Assembly: GCA_963768035.1 (NCBI GenBank)
Contig: CAVYGJ010000008.1
Coordinates: forward strand, 26,710-90,709
Length of the DNA: 64,000 nucleotides
Direction: 5' to 3'
Source: an uncultured Chloroflexia bacterium
GTDB lineage: Bacteria > Chloroflexota > Limnocylindria > Limnocylindrales > CSP1-4
The notes under the pieces were generated by a model. The model was not told the DNA's origin, did not search any database, and saw nothing but the letters and a program-made list of their open reading frames with translations. This document shows, piece by piece, positions 22,048 to 33,529 of this stretch. A program made the translations under genes and the position numbers. How positions within the stretch are numbered: position 1 is the stretch's first letter; each line of letters begins with the position of its first letter.

Positions 22048-23745
22048 GTGACCTCCGCCGCCGATCCCGCAACCGCGCCCGAGGCGATCCGCTCGCGGGT
22101 CCGCGCGGCCGTGGAGGAGGCGTGGCGGACAGCCGTCGCATCCGGGTCGCTGCCGCCGGTCGAGGACCCCACGGCGGCACCCGCCGTCGAGGTCGAGCGG
22201 CCCGCGAACGCCGCGTTCGGCGACCAGGCAACCAACCTCGCGATGAAGCTCGCCCGGCCCCTCCGTCGTGCGCCGCTCGACATCGCCGAGCAGCTGGCCG
22301 CCGCCATCGGTGCCGGCGGCTCGAACCCGCTCATCGCCGCCGCCGAGGTCGCCCGCCCCGGGTTCCTCAACCTGCGGGTCGCCGACGCGGCCTACGAGGG
22401 CCTCGTCGCCGGGATCCTCGCCGCGCCCGCCCAGTGGGGCCGGATCCCCGCCGTGAACCCGCGGGCGGTCAACGTCGAGTTCGTGTCGGCCAACCCCACC
22501 GGGCCGCTCACGGTCGGCAACGCGCGCGGCGCGTTCGTCGGGGATCTCCTGTGCCGCGTCCTCGAGGCCGGCGGGCAGACGGTGACGCGCGAGTACTACT
22601 TCAACGACTCGGGCGCGCAGGTGACCCACCTCGGCGACTCCGTGGTGGCGGTCCGGCGGGGCGAGCCGGTTCCGGAGGACGGCTACAAGGGCGCCTACGT
22701 CGAGGACCTGGCGCGCGAGCTGCCCGACGACGTGTGGCAAGCCGCCACGGCCGATGGCGCCGCCGCGGGTGAGGTCGTCGGCGCGTGGGCGAGCGCGCGC
22801 GTGCGCGAGGGCATCGAGGCCTCGCTGACGCGGCTCGGCGTCCGGTTCGACGTCTGGAAGAGCGAGGCGTCACTCCACACCGAGGGCTGGGTCGAGCGCG
22901 CGGTCGCGCGCCTGCGCGAGGGCGGCCACGTCTACGAGCAGGACGGCGCGACGTGGTTCAAGTCGACCGACTTCGGCGACGACAAGGATCGCGTCATCTA
23001 CCGGTCCGACGGCCGCCCGACGTACTTCGCCGCCGACATCGGCTACGTGACCGAGAAGTTCAGCCGTGGGTTCGACCACCTGATCTACATCTGGGGCGTC
23101 GACCACCACGGCACGATCGCGCGGAACAAGAACGCCGCACAGGCGATGGGCTACGACCCCGACGACTACCAGGTGCTGCTCATCGGCTGGGTCCGCTTCG
23201 TCGTGGACGGCGAAGAGGTCTCGATGTCGAAGCGCGCGGGGACGTTCGTGACCCTCAACGACCTGCTCGACGCGGTGGGGACCGACGCCGCCCGCTGGTT
23301 CTTCGCCTCACGGGCGGCACACGTCGCCTTCGACTTCGACATCGAGCAGGCGAAGAAGCAGAGCTCGGACAACCCCGTCTACTACGTCCAGTACGCGCAC
23401 GCCCGGATCGCATCGATCCTGCGCAAGGCCGCGGAGGCGGGTCTCTCCCCCGCTGCCGACGTCGAGGGCCTCCTGGCCGGCGAGCCCGAGGCGGCGCTCG
23501 TCCGCGTCCTGGCGCGGCTCCCCGAGATCGTGGAGGACGCGGTCCGCGCCGAGGAGACGCAGTCGATCACCGCCTACGCCACCGAGCTCGCGACCCAGTT
23601 CCACGCCTTCTACCGGGATGCCCGGGTCGTCGATCCCGCCGAGCCCGAGCGATCGGCGAAGCGGCTCGCGCTCGCCCAGGCGACGCAGGTCACGCTTGCG
23701 AACGCACTCGGACTGCTGGGGATCTCCGCGCCCGAGCAGATGTAG
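22048..23745 (+). CDS. argS: Arginine--tRNA ligase
   Basis: VEFVSANPTGPLTVGNARG, GDDKDRV, YFAADI, MSKRAG and NPVYYVQYAHARIASI. Confidence 0.96.
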   Translation: MTSAADPATAPEAIRSRVRAAVEEAWRTAVASGSLPPVEDPTAAPAVEVERPANAAFGDQATNLAMKLARPLRRAPLDIAEQLAAAIGAGGSNPLIAAAEVARPGFLNLRVADAAYEGLVAGILAAPAQWGRIPAVNPRAVNVEFVSANPTGPLTVGNARGAFVGDLLCRVLEAGGQTVTREYYFNDSGAQVTHLGDSVVAVRRGEPVPEDGYKGAYVEDLARELPDDVWQAATADGAAAGEVVGAWASARVREGIEASLTRLGVRFDVWKSEASLHTEGWVERAVARLREGGHVYEQDGATWFKSTDFGDDKDRVIYRSDGRPTYFAADIGYVTEKFSRGFDHLIYIWGVDHHGTIARNKNAAQAMGYDPDDYQVLLIGWVRFVVDGEEVSMSKRAGTFVTLNDLLDAVGTDAARWFFASRAAHVAFDFDIEQAKKQSSDNPVYYVQYAHARIASILRKAAEAGLSPAADVEGLLAGEPEAALVRVLARLPEIVEDAVRAEETQSITAYATELATQFHAFYRDARVVDPAEPERSAKRLALAQATQVTLANALGLLGISAPEQM

Positions 23746-23950
23746 GCGCTCGGGCGCTTCGTACGCGGGCGCCCTCGCTCGCGGGCGCGATGCCCACGAG
23801 TACTCATTGCCGGGTCGAGACGCTCCGCGGAGGCGTATTCGGGCCGTTGCCATGCCCACCCGGCATCGTCGGGGGCGGAGAGGCGCCCTCGCGGGCGGTT
23901 CAGCCGCTCAATGAGTACCCACAGGCATCGGCCTGGCGCGGACCGGACCC

Positions 23951-25325
23951 TCAGCCGGCGAGGCCGAGGACGTTCGCGACCCGGCTCAGCGTGTCGTCAT
24001 CGTTCGCGCTGATCACGACGACCCGGTCCGGCGCCGGCGTGAGCACCGCGGCGCTGCGGCCCGCGGCCTGGAGCTTCGCCACGTAGCCCGAGAGCGCCTC
24101 CGCGAACTGCGCCGCGTCCGCTTCCGTGTCCCACTTCGTGTCGAGGACCGCCGCGTTCGCGCCGTCCGGCCCGGTGATCCAGGCGAGCCGGTCGCCGCCC
24201 CAACCCGCGGCCGCGTCCGCGGGCGACGCCGCGCCGGCGGCATCGCCGAGCAGGATGCTCAGCTGGTACTCGCCGAGCGTGTCCTGGAGCGCGACCGTCC
24301 AGCCGTCACCGAGGCTATCGCCCAGGTCCTTCGGGAACGCCACCTCGACCCCCGCCTCGCGCGCGGCGAGCTTCTCGGGGTGGAGCAGCTGCTCGGTCGT
24401 GTCGGGCGGGTTCGCGAACAGCTGGTCCACGCCCGCGTAGCCGCCCTGCTGGAACGCGCCGAGCGTGAGCTGGAGGCCCTGCGTGTACGGGAACAGGAGC
24501 GTCGACTTGAGGATCGCCGGCATCTTCGCGAGGATCGCCTCCGAGGCCGGATCGACGGCCGTGGCGACCTGCGACAGCTCCGCCGGCGTGAGGTGCTGCT
24601 GGGCCCAGAGCGACATGAGCAGCGTCGCGTCGCCCTCGACGAGCGTCGTCCGCGCGAGCCCGCGGTCGCCCTGGTCCTTCGCGTCGCCCGTGATGTCCCG
24701 CAGCGTGAACCGCTGGTCCTGGAGCGCGTGCGTGTACTCGTGGGCGTACGTGATCTTCTCGGCGGGTCCGATGTCGCCCGTGTTCGTGACGACGTACATC
24801 TTCTTGGTGTCGTCGTCGTACAGGCCGGCGACCTGGCTGGTGAGCAGCTCGATGTAGAGCTTGAGGAGGTCGGCGTCCTGCGGCATCAGCCCGAGCGCCT
24901 TGTACAGGCCCTCGGTTCCCTTGACGAGCGCCTCGGGGTTGTCCTTCTCGAAGCTCGACGTGATGTAGGCGCACAGGGCGGCCTTGTCGAACACGCCGCG
25001 CTCGACGGGCTTCGTTGCCGTGATGCCCCGGAGCTGGCTGACCTGGCCCTCGATCTCCGAGTACAGGGCGGCGTTCGGATCGTTCGGTGTCGGGGGCGGG
25101 CGTGCCCGGCGACGCCTGGGCGGCCGTGGGGTCGCAGGCGGCCGCAGCCGCGGATGCGGACGGCGACTCGGCCGGCTCGGCCGACGCGGACGGCGCGCTC
25201 GTGGCGGGCGCCTCGCTCGTGGCGGCGCTTGGTGAAGGGGTCGGGGTGGAGGGTCCGCATGCGGCGACCAGCAGCGCGACGACAAGCGCGGCCAGGCCCC
25301 CGGATCGGCGCAGGGGTGCAGTCAT
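23951..25325 (-). CDS. Lipoprotein with zincin-type HEXXH metallopeptidase motif (frameshift near 25110)
   Basis: LVAAC lipobox and S/P/A linker. AHEYTHALQDQ..LVEGDAT, FPYTQG and AAGWGGD motifs. Confidence 0.75.
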
Positions 25326-25378
25326 CGGGGTGGAGTGTGCCATGCCGTCCGGACGAGCCCGGCCAGTACGTTGGTTCC

Positions 25379-25526
25379 CCAATGGAGATGTGCGTTTCTT
25401 AATCGTTCCGTGGCTTCGGGTTGAATCAGGGCGAGCCTAGTGTTCTCCTCGGAACACCCCTCAGTTCCATCCTCCCTCCCTCGAACCGGGGGCGCCGATT
25501 GGGCAGGCGCCTCCGGTTCTTTCGTT
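25379..25526 (+). ncRNA. Candidate small RNA with CU-rich anti-SD-like loops and intrinsic terminator
   Basis: Lower-GC intergenic segment. TACGTT -10-like box at 25367-25372. Hairpin GTGTTC-tcctcg-GAACAC, a CCATCCTCCCTCCCTC tract, and terminator GAACCGGGGGCGCC..GGCGCCTCCGGTTC-TTTCGTT. Confidence 0.45.
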
Positions 25527-25588
25527 GTGTGGCGAGTCGCGCGGCGACCGGCAGTCCCGGGTGAGTGACCCGCCCTACAATCGGTCGC

Positions 25589-26261
25589 ATGGAGCTCACC
25601 TGGTACGGACGGACCTGCATCCGCCTGCGCGGCAAGGACGCCGTCGTCGTCAACGACCCCTACCCGTCGATCGTCGGGCCCACGGGCCGCGGCATCACCG
25701 GCGACGTCGTCACCTTCAGCCACCCCGACGACAACCACCCGCCCAAGAAGGCGACCAAGCTCTCCCGCGACGGCGGCACCGCGATGCCGACGAGCCTCGA
25801 GGCCGCCTTCGTGCTCGACGGGCCGGGCGAGTACGAGGTCCACGACGTGCTGCTCACCGGCGTCCGGACCTACCGGGACAACGAGAAGGGCATCGGAGCG
25901 CGGGCGCCAGACGGCGTTCGTCACCGAGCTGGACGGGATCCACACGATCCACCTGGGCGACATCGGCCACGAGCTGACCGAGGAGAAGCTCGCCGACATC
26001 GGGCGGGTCGAGGTCGTGTGCATCCCGATCGGCGGCGCGCTCACGGCGGCCGCCGCGGCCGCGCTCGTGTCCCAGCTGGACCCGAAGATCGTCGTGCCGA
26101 TGCCGGTCTGCGAGGACGAGGCCGAGTGCGACGAGGCGGTGAAGAAGTTCCTCCACGAGATGGGCGCGGAGCCGCAGGTCCAGGCGAAGCTGGCGATCCT
26201 GCCCTCGAGCCTCCCCGCGGAGACGACGACCGTCCTGCTCGAGTCGCGAGGCAAGGCGTAG
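25589..26261 (+). CDS. MBL-fold metallohydrolase (Lactamase_B_3-like), frameshift near 25900
   Basis: MELTWYGRTCIRL, SHPDDNH, DGPGEYEV, HLGDIGH and PKIVVPM. Confidence 0.8.
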
Positions 26262-26267
26262 GCGCGG

Positions 26268-27635
26268 TCAGCCGGCGCGCCGGTAGACGATCCGCCCCCG
26301 CTTGACGACCACGTCGACGAGGTCCGCGCCGACCCAGTAGGGCAGCTCGGCCACCGACCGCGCCCGCCAGATCACGATGTCGCCCAGCTTGCCGGGCTCC
26401 AGCGAGCCCGCCTGGTCGCCGATGCCCGCGGCGTGCGCCGCGTTGACCGTCACGGCAACCAGCGCCTCCTCGGGCGACAGCCGCATCTCGAGGCACGCGA
26501 CGGTCATCACGAGGGGCAGGTTCGCGTTGGGCGACGTCCCGGGATTGAAGTCGGTGCCCAGCGCCACGGGGACCCCGGCGTCGATGAACCGGCGGGCCGG
26601 GGCGGGCTCGTCGGTCATGAGGAACCAGGTCGTGCCCGGGAGGAGCGTCGCGACCGTCGGGTGCCCGGCCGCGGCCGCGGCGGCGAGCGCATCGAGCCCC
26701 TCGTCGGACGGCGTGTGCAGGTGGTCCGCCGAGACGGCACCCAGCTCCGCGGCAAGCTCGGCGCCGCCGCTCGGGGCGAGCTCGTCGGCGTGGAGGCGGA
26801 CCGCGAGCCCGTAGCCCGCCGCGGCGGTGAGGATCCGCCGGCTCTGGTCGGCCGTGAACACGCCCTCCTCGCAGAACACGTCGCACGAGAGTGCCCGGCC
26901 CTGTGCGGCGACGCCGGGCAGCTGCTCCTCGATGACGCTCCGGACATACGCCTCCGTCCCCTCCGGCCGGGCGCGGTACTCCGGCGGGACCGCGTGGGCG
27001 CCGAGGAACGTGGGCAGGACGTCGACCGGCCCCTCCTTGCCCAGCGCGTGCGCCACCGCGAGGAGCCGCAGCTCCGTCGGCAGGTCGAGCCCGTAGCCGG
27101 ACTTCGCCTCGACCGAGGTGACGCCGTGGCGGAGCATCTCGTCCAGCCAGCGCCGGCCGTGGGCGGCCAGCTCCTCCTCGCTCGCGAGTCGCGTCGCCGC
27201 GACGGTCGAGAGGATCCCGCCACCCGCGGCGAGGATGTCGAGGTAGCCCGCGCCGCGTTGCCGGAGCACGAGCTCGCCCTCGCGCGAGCCCGCGAACAGG
27301 AGATGCGTGTGCGGGTCGACGAGCCCCGGCGTCACGACCCCACCGTCGGCGTCGAGGCGAGCGAACCGCGCGAGCGGCATCCCGTTGCGCTCGAGGCCCG
27401 CCTCGACCTGGTCGCGGGGCCCCACGGCGACAACCCGGCCGTCCCACGTCGCGACGACGGGCGCCTCGGCCGCACCCGGCCCACCGACCGCGGCCGCGTC
27501 GAGCAGCGCGAGGTCGCCCTGGGCGTCGCCCCGCCGGATGCCGCCCGCGAGCGTGGCGACCTGCGACGCGCCGTGGATCAGCAGCCCCGGGGCATCCCCG
27601 CTCGACCGACCGCCCTCGATGAGGCGGAGCGTCAT
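26268..27635 (-). CDS. hutI: Imidazolonepropionase
   Basis: PGLVDPHTHLLFAGSR, GGGILSTV, EAKSGYGL, DVFCE, HADEL, SADHL and GTDFNPG. Confidence 0.95.
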   Translation of the reverse strand: MTLRLIEGGRSSGDAPGLLIHGASQVATLAGGIRRGDAQGDLALLDAAAVGGPGAAEAPVVATWDGRVVAVGPRDQVEAGLERNGMPLARFARLDADGGVVTPGLVDPHTHLLFAGSREGELVLRQRGAGYLDILAAGGGILSTVAATRLASEEELAAHGRRWLDEMLRHGVTSVEAKSGYGLDLPTELRLLAVAHALGKEGPVDVLPTFLGAHAVPPEYRARPEGTEAYVRSVIEEQLPGVAAQGRALSCDVFCEEGVFTADQSRRILTAAAGYGLAVRLHADELAPSGGAELAAELGAVSADHLHTPSDEGLDALAAAAAAGHPTVATLLPGTTWFLMTDEPAPARRFIDAGVPVALGTDFNPGTSPNANLPLVMTVACLEMRLSPEEALVAVTVNAAHAAGIGDQAGSLEPGKLGDIVIWRARSVAELPYWVGADLVDVVVKRGRIVYRRAG

Positions 27636-28609
27636 CCCGAGCCTTCGCGCGCCGCGGCGAGGCGGAGCTCGAGCGCCATCAGCGGGTCGAAGTCGCGCAG
27701 CCGGATCGCCTCGGCGGCGGCGGCGAGGCGCGTCCGGTCGTCGGCGTCGGTCGGGGCGCCCGCGTGGTCGGCGACGTCGAGCAGGGCCGCGATCGGGGCG
27801 AGCCCGATGAGCTCCGACTCGGCGAGCAGGATCCCGTCCTCGGCCGCGAGCTCGCCGACGGCGTCCCACGCCTGCCAGATGGGCGTCGTGCGGAAGTCCA
27901 GGAGGTTCATCGAGACCTGGGCGCGCACGGGGTGGCCGCGGTCCGGCTCCTCGACCCGGAAGCCGTTCGCCTGGACCCGCGGCAGCCCGCCGCCCGACTC
28001 GCGGACCCGGCGCGCGATCCGCTTCGCGAGCTCCACGTCGTCCGAGTCGAGGTTGATGTTCCAGGCGATGAGGAACGGCCGCGCGCCCACGGCGATCGCG
28101 CCCGCCCGCGGGTGCATCCGCGCGGGCCCGAAGTCAGGGTGGCGGCCGTTGTGCCCGATCTCCGCCTTGAGGCCCTCGTACTGGCCGCGCCGCACGTCGG
28201 CGAGCTTGACCCGGTCGGAGCGCATCGCGGCCTGGGCGTAGAGGTAGACGGGCAGGTCCCAGCGCCCGGCGATCCGCTTGCCGAAGTCGCGCGCGAGCTC
28301 CACGCACTCGTCCATCGTCGTGTCGCCGAGCGGCACGAACGGGACGACGTCCACCGAGCCGATCCGGGGGTGCTCGCCCGTGTGCTCGTCCATCGCGATC
28401 TCGTCGAGGGCCGCGCCGACCAGCTCCTCGAGGCCCGCGGAGACGGCGTCGTGCTCGCCGGCGACCGTGAACACGGAGCGGTTGTGGCTCGCGTCCGAGG
28501 TCCGGTCGAGCAGGTACACGCCGGGAACGGAGGTCAGCGCGGTCGCGAGGCGCTCGACCACGTCGAGGCGTCGCCCCTCGGAGACGTTGGGCACGCTTTC
28601 GACCAGCAC
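27632..28609 (-). CDS. Glutamate formiminotransferase (stand-alone FT domain)
   Basis: VESVPNVSEGR, DASHNRSV, HTGEHPRIG, RRGQYEGL and QVSMNL. Confidence 0.92.
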   Translation of the reverse strand: MLVESVPNVSEGRRLDVVERLATALTSVPGVYLLDRTSDASHNRSVFTVAGEHDAVSAGLEELVGAALDEIAMDEHTGEHPRIGSVDVVPFVPLGDTTMDECVELARDFGKRIAGRWDLPVYLYAQAAMRSDRVKLADVRRGQYEGLKAEIGHNGRHPDFGPARMHPRAGAIAVGARPFLIAWNINLDSDDVELAKRIARRVRESGGGLPRVQANGFRVEEPDRGHPVRAQVSMNLLDFRTTPIWQAWDAVGELAAEDGILLAESELIGLAPIAALLDVADHAGAPTDADDRTRLAAAAEAIRLRDFDPLMALELRLAAAREGSG

Positions 28610-28665
28610 GCGCCGATCCTACAGACCCGGGAGACGCCAGATCGGCCGACGGCGCAGCGGCGCGG

Positions 28666-29043
28666 TCAGGAACCGGCGTGTCGCTCGTCGACGGCACACA
28701 CGTACAGCGCGCCGTCGGCACCGCGGCCGCCGAACAGCGTCACCTGCTCGCCGTCCGCCGCGACCTCGCCCGCGCCGGGGTCGCTCAGCCGCACGACGGG
28801 TCCACTTGTGTTGAGGTCGTACCGGTTGAGCAGGAGCGAGACCGCGTCGCCCTCCGCCGTGTCGAGGTGCGGCGGACCGTCGCCGATCCGCAGCGTGCCG
28901 GTCACCACGCTCGCGACCCGCCCATCGCCCTCGTCCCAGCAGCCCTCGCGCCCGCCGAGGACGCTCACGTCACCGGCCGTGCAGGCGCCGGTGACGAGCG
29001 CGAGGCCGACGAGGCCGGAGAGCAGCGTTGCCACACGAGTCAC
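28666..29043 (-). CDS. Small hypothetical lipoprotein
   Basis: Signal peptide with VTGAC lipobox. Confidence 0.6.
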   Translation of the reverse strand: MTRVATLLSGLVGLALVTGACTAGDVSVLGGREGCWDEGDGRVASVVTGTLRIGDGPPHLDTAEGDAVSLLLNRYDLNTSGPVVRLSDPGAGEVAADGEQVTLFGGRGADGALYVCAVDERHAGS

Positions 29044-29128
29044 CGGCCAATCCTCCGTGGGGCGTCAAGAACGTACGTCGGATGCCGGGTCGCGAAGGCC
29101 CGTGGTCCGCCGGTAGACTCCGCCGGGC

Positions 29129-30425
29129 ATGGAGCAACCGTCCCGAAGCCTCCTCCGCCACCCCGACTTCCTCAAGCTGTGGACCGCCGAGACCATCAGC
29201 GTCTTCGGCAGCGCGATCACGCAGCTGGCCCTGCCGATCATCGCCGCGACCACGCTCGACGTCACCCCGTTCGAGTTCGGCCTGCTCACGACGATCGAGT
29301 TCCTGCCGTTCATCCTGTTCAGCCTGCCGGCGGGCGTCTGGGTGGACCGCCTCCGTCGCCGCCCGATCCTCATCGCGGGCGACCTGGGGCGGGCGATCGC
29401 GATCGCGTCGATCCCGGTGGCGTTCGCGTTCGATGCCCTCACGATCTGGCAGCTGTACATCGTCGGCTTCGTCAACGGCATCCTCACCGTGTTCTTCGAC
29501 GTCGCCTACCAGAGCTACCTGCCGTCGGTGGTTGACCGCGACCAGCTGGTGGAGGGCAACTCCAAGCTCGAGATCACTCGGAGCGCCTCGCAGATCCTGG
29601 GCCCCGGCCTCGCGGGCATCCTCATCGGGGTGCTCAAGGCGCCGTTCGCCATGCTCCTCGACTCGGTGAGCTATGTGATCTCGGCCATCTTCGTGTTCTT
29701 CATCCGCCGGCCGGAGCCGCCGGTCGTGGCACACGACGAGGAGGCGCACGGACCCAAGCCGTCGATGCGCCAGGAGATCGCCGTCGGCCTGCGCTACGTG
29801 ACCGGCCACCGCTGGCTGCGCAATGTCGCAGCAACGACCGGCATCTCGAACTTCTTTGGCAACGTGATCAACGCGATCCTCATCCTGTACCTCGTCGACG
29901 AGCGCGGGCTCGGGCCGGAGGCGATCGGGTTCGCGTTCTCGGTCGCGTCCGTTGGGTTCCTCATCGGGGCCTTCACGACGAACCGGATCACGACACCGCC
30001 TCGGGGTAGGACGGATGCTCGTCGCTATCGTCGGTAGGTTTCAGCCTCTCGAACCTGCCGATCGCGTTCGCGCCCGACGAGCTCATCTGGCCCGCGCTCG
30101 CCTCAGCGGCTTCGTCGGCGGGTTCTGCAGCACCGCCTGGAACATCAACCAGGTCTCGCTCCGCCAGGCGATCACGCCGCCGCGCATGCAGGGAAAGATG
30201 AACGCGACGATGCGGTTCATCGTGTGGGGCACGATCCCTCTCGGCGCCATTCTCGGCGGCGCACTGGGCAGCGTGATCGGGCTCCACCAGACGATCATCA
30301 TCGGCGCCCTGGGCGGCCTGATCGCGTTCATCCCGGTGACGCTGAGCTCCGTCCGCCACATCGTGACGATGCCCGACCAGGTCGACGACGAGGCCGGGGC
30401 GACGCCGCTGGCCGCCGGCGCCTGA
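29129..30425 (+). CDS. MFS transporter (MFS_3/EntS-like), frameshifted near 30000-30110
   Basis: DFLKLWTAETISVFG, GVWVDRLRRRP and RQAITPPRMQGKMNA. Confidence 0.88.
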
Positions 30426-30431
30426 CGTCGG

Positions 30432-30948
30432 TCAGGGGCAGTTCGAGGGGGTCGGCAGGTCGTTCGCGGCGTTCGCGGCCTCGTCCGCGCTCGCGACGAC
30501 GTCGGCGGGGATCAGCTGGCCGGCCTCGACATCGGGGCGCGCCTTCGTCCAGCCGTCCCTGACGGTGACGAGGTGGGCGCGGACCTGGTGTGGTAGTCGG
30601 CCCAGCAGGCGGTGGCGGGGTGCGCGTCCAGCCAGGCGACGATGCCGGCCACGCGGGCGATGTCGTCGTCGAGGTCGAACAGCGTCGTCGCGCCGGCATG
30701 CTCCGTCAGGTAGCGAGTCAGGCGGCGCACCTCGTTCGGGACCGTTCTGGGCGCCGAACCCCTGGTGGTCGATCCAGTCGGCCCAGGACGTGGGACCGGC
30801 GGGCGACAGGCGGCGCAGCCGTGACAGGGGCGACCGTCGGTGCGGCAGCCGCGCCGCTGCAGGCCGCGACGCAGCACCGAGGTCGCGAGGATCACGCCCG
30901 GCACCAGCTGCCGGGTCAAGGCCGATCGTGCGTTCTGCGGACGTTCAT
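30432..30948 (-). CDS. Hypothetical lipoprotein, several frameshifts
   Basis: AGGAG RBS with ATG at 30948. Hydrophobic stretch then AACSG in a shifted frame. Coding-like segment EVRRLTRYLTEH..WLDAHPATACWADYH. Boundaries are uncertain. Confidence 0.4.
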
Positions 30949-31099
30949 CTGACGACTCCTCTGGTCCCGCGCCATCGGCCGGGAGCTCGAGGCAGAGGCT
31001 AGGAACCGTGATCGGCCCCGGGCACCGGGCCTGCCCGACAAGCGGGCAAGGGTCTGCCCGGTACATCGCGGCCCACAGGACGTGGCAGCATGCGCCGCG

Positions 31100-32864
31100 A
31101 TGCACGCCGTACCTGCACCCGATCCCCGCCGCGCCGTCCCGGAACCGGACGATCGCGATCGTCGCTGCCGTCGTCGTGCTTGGGCTCGTCGTGGAGCACA
31201 TCGCGGACTCCTGGACGCAGCCCGCGTACATCCCGATCGCCGACCTCGGCGTCGGCTGGCTGATGGTCGCCTGCGGCCTCGTCGCGGCGACCGTGCGCCC
31301 GGGGCAGCCCGCCGGCTGGCGGCTCGTGCTCGCCGGGTTCCTGTGGTTCCTCGGGACGTTCATGGGCGGGCGGGACGGCATCGATCGAGCGCTGGTTCGG
31401 CTTCGGCTTCGGCGGCTACCACGACCTCGCGCTCGCCTGGCTCGCCCTGTCGTTCCCCGACCGGTGGCCCGCGTGGCGCCCGAGCCGGGTGATCCTCGCG
31501 ATCGCCGCCGCGCTCTACGTCGCCCAGACGGTCGCCCGGCTCGTGTTCGCTCGCCCCGGACACGTTCGACGTCACGCTGCTCGCACCGGACACGGCGGTG
31601 AACATCGTCCTGTGGCTGGACGTGATCCGGGCCGCCGCGATGGCCGTGGCGGGCGTCGTGATGCTCGCCCGACTCGCGCGGAGCCACGGCAGCGAGCGCC
31701 GGATGCTCGCCCCCGTCCTGCTCGCCGGGGCCGCGTCGATGGTCTCGGCCGCGTACACGGCCCAGTACGCGATGCAGACGCTCGGCTTCATCCCGGTGGT
31801 CGAGAACGAGACCATCGTGCCCATCGCGTGGGTGTTCAACGTGATCCGCGTCGTCGTCCCGCTGACGATCCTGTACGGCGTGCTGCAGCTGCGGGGCGCG
31901 CGGTCGGCGATGGCCGGCGCGGTCGCCGACGTCGGGAAGGCGCCGACTGCGTCCGCGCTCCGGGACGCGCTGGCGACGGCGCTCGGCGACCGCGACCTCC
32001 AGATCCTCGCGTGGGACCACGGCGCCGGGACGTTCCGCGCGACGGACGGGACCGCGGTGCCCGACGACGAGCTCGCAGCGCCTCGCGCACCAGCCGGACC
32101 GTCGCGCGGTCCGGGTCGACGCGGACGGCGACCCCCTCGCCGTCCTCGTCGTCACGCGCGCGGTGGCGGAGGATCCGGCGCTCCTCGGGGCGGGCGTCTC
32201 GCTCACGAGGCTCGTCGTCCGCAACGAGCAGCAGGCGGCCCGGATCCAGGAGCAGCTGGTCGACGTGCGGGCGTCCCGCGCCCGCATCGTCGAGGCGGCG
32301 GATGTCGAGCGGCGGCGGATCGAGCGCGACCTCCACGACGGGCTCCAGCAGCGGATGGTGGCGCTCGCGATGCAGCTCCGGGCGGCCGAGGGTGCCGACG
32401 ACCGCGACGCGGCGCTCCAGGCGGGGAGCACCGAGATCCTCGCGATCCTCGAGGACGTGCGCGAGCTGGCCCGCGGCATCCACCCGGCGGTGCTCACGGA
32501 GGCGGGCCTCGCGGCGGCGATCCGCGCCGCGGCCGACCGGTCGCCGGTGCCCGCCGAGGTCGACATCCGGCTCACCGGCGTGGGCAGCCCGGCGGCACAG
32601 GCGACCGCGTACTACGTCGTGTCGGAGTCGCTCGCGAACGTGGCCAAGCACGCGGCCGCGGCGAGCGCCGTGTGGATCGAGGCCGACGACGCCGGCGGGC
32701 GCATCCGCGTCGTCGTCGAGGACGACGGCCCCGGCGGCGCCGACGCGACCGGGCACGGCCTGGCCGGCCTCGCCGACCGTGTCGCGGCGCTCGACGGCCG
32801 GTTCAGCGTCGGTGCGAGGAACGGCGGCGGGACGCGCGTCGTGGCGGAGGTACCCGTGGCATGA
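31100..32864 (+). CDS. Membrane sensor histidine kinase (HisKA_3), frameshifted
   Basis: ERRRIERDLHDGLQQ, ELARGIHPAVL, ESLANVAKHA, EDDGPGGA and GLAGLADRV; multiple N-terminal TMs. Confidence 0.88.
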
Positions 32865-33523
32865 GCGACGTCCTGCGGATCGTGGTCGCCGACGACGCGG
32901 TCCTCCTGCGCGCCGGGATCACCCGCATCCTCGAGGCAGCCGGGTGGGCGGTGACGGGCGAGGTCGACAACGCGGACGACCTGCTCGCGGCGGTCCGGCG
33001 CGACCGGCCCGACGTGGCCGTCGTCGACATCCGGATGCCACCGGGCCACTCCGACGAGGGGATCGTCGCGACCCACGCGATCCGCGAGGAGTTCGGCGAG
33101 GAGGTCGCGGTGCTCGTGCTCTCGCAGTACCTCGAGCCGGACTTCGCGATGCGCCTCCTCGACGAGTCCGGGCGTGGCGTCGGCTACCTGCTCAAGGACC
33201 GGATCGCGGACGCGGCGACGTTCACGGACGCGGTCCGGCGCGTGGCGGCCGGCGGCCAGGTCATCGATCCCGCGATCGTCGCCCGGCTGCTCAACCGGCG
33301 CCGGCGCGAGGACCCGCTCGACGCCCTCACCGAGCGCGAGCGCGAGGTGCTCGCGCTCATGGCGGAGGGGCGCTCCAACCAGACGATCGCGGACACGCTG
33401 TTCCTCGCGCCGAAGACGGTCGAGGCGTACATCTCGTCGATCTTCTCCAAGCTCGCCCTCGAGCCGGCGGCGACCGATCACCGCCGGGTGCTCGCCGTGC
33501 TCGCCTACCTCCAGGCGCGCTGA
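32861..33523 (+). CDS. NarL/LuxR-family response regulator
   Basis: RIVVADD, VDIRMPP, GYLLKDR and LTEREREVLALMAEGRSN. Confidence 0.93.
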   Translation: MSDVLRIVVADDAVLLRAGITRILEAAGWAVTGEVDNADDLLAAVRRDRPDVAVVDIRMPPGHSDEGIVATHAIREEFGEEVAVLVLSQYLEPDFAMRLLDESGRGVGYLLKDRIADAATFTDAVRRVAAGGQVIDPAIVARLLNRRRREDPLDALTEREREVLALMAEGRSNQTIADTLFLAPKTVEAYISSIFSKLALEPAATDHRRVLAVLAYLQAR

Positions 33524-33529
33524 CGGCGG

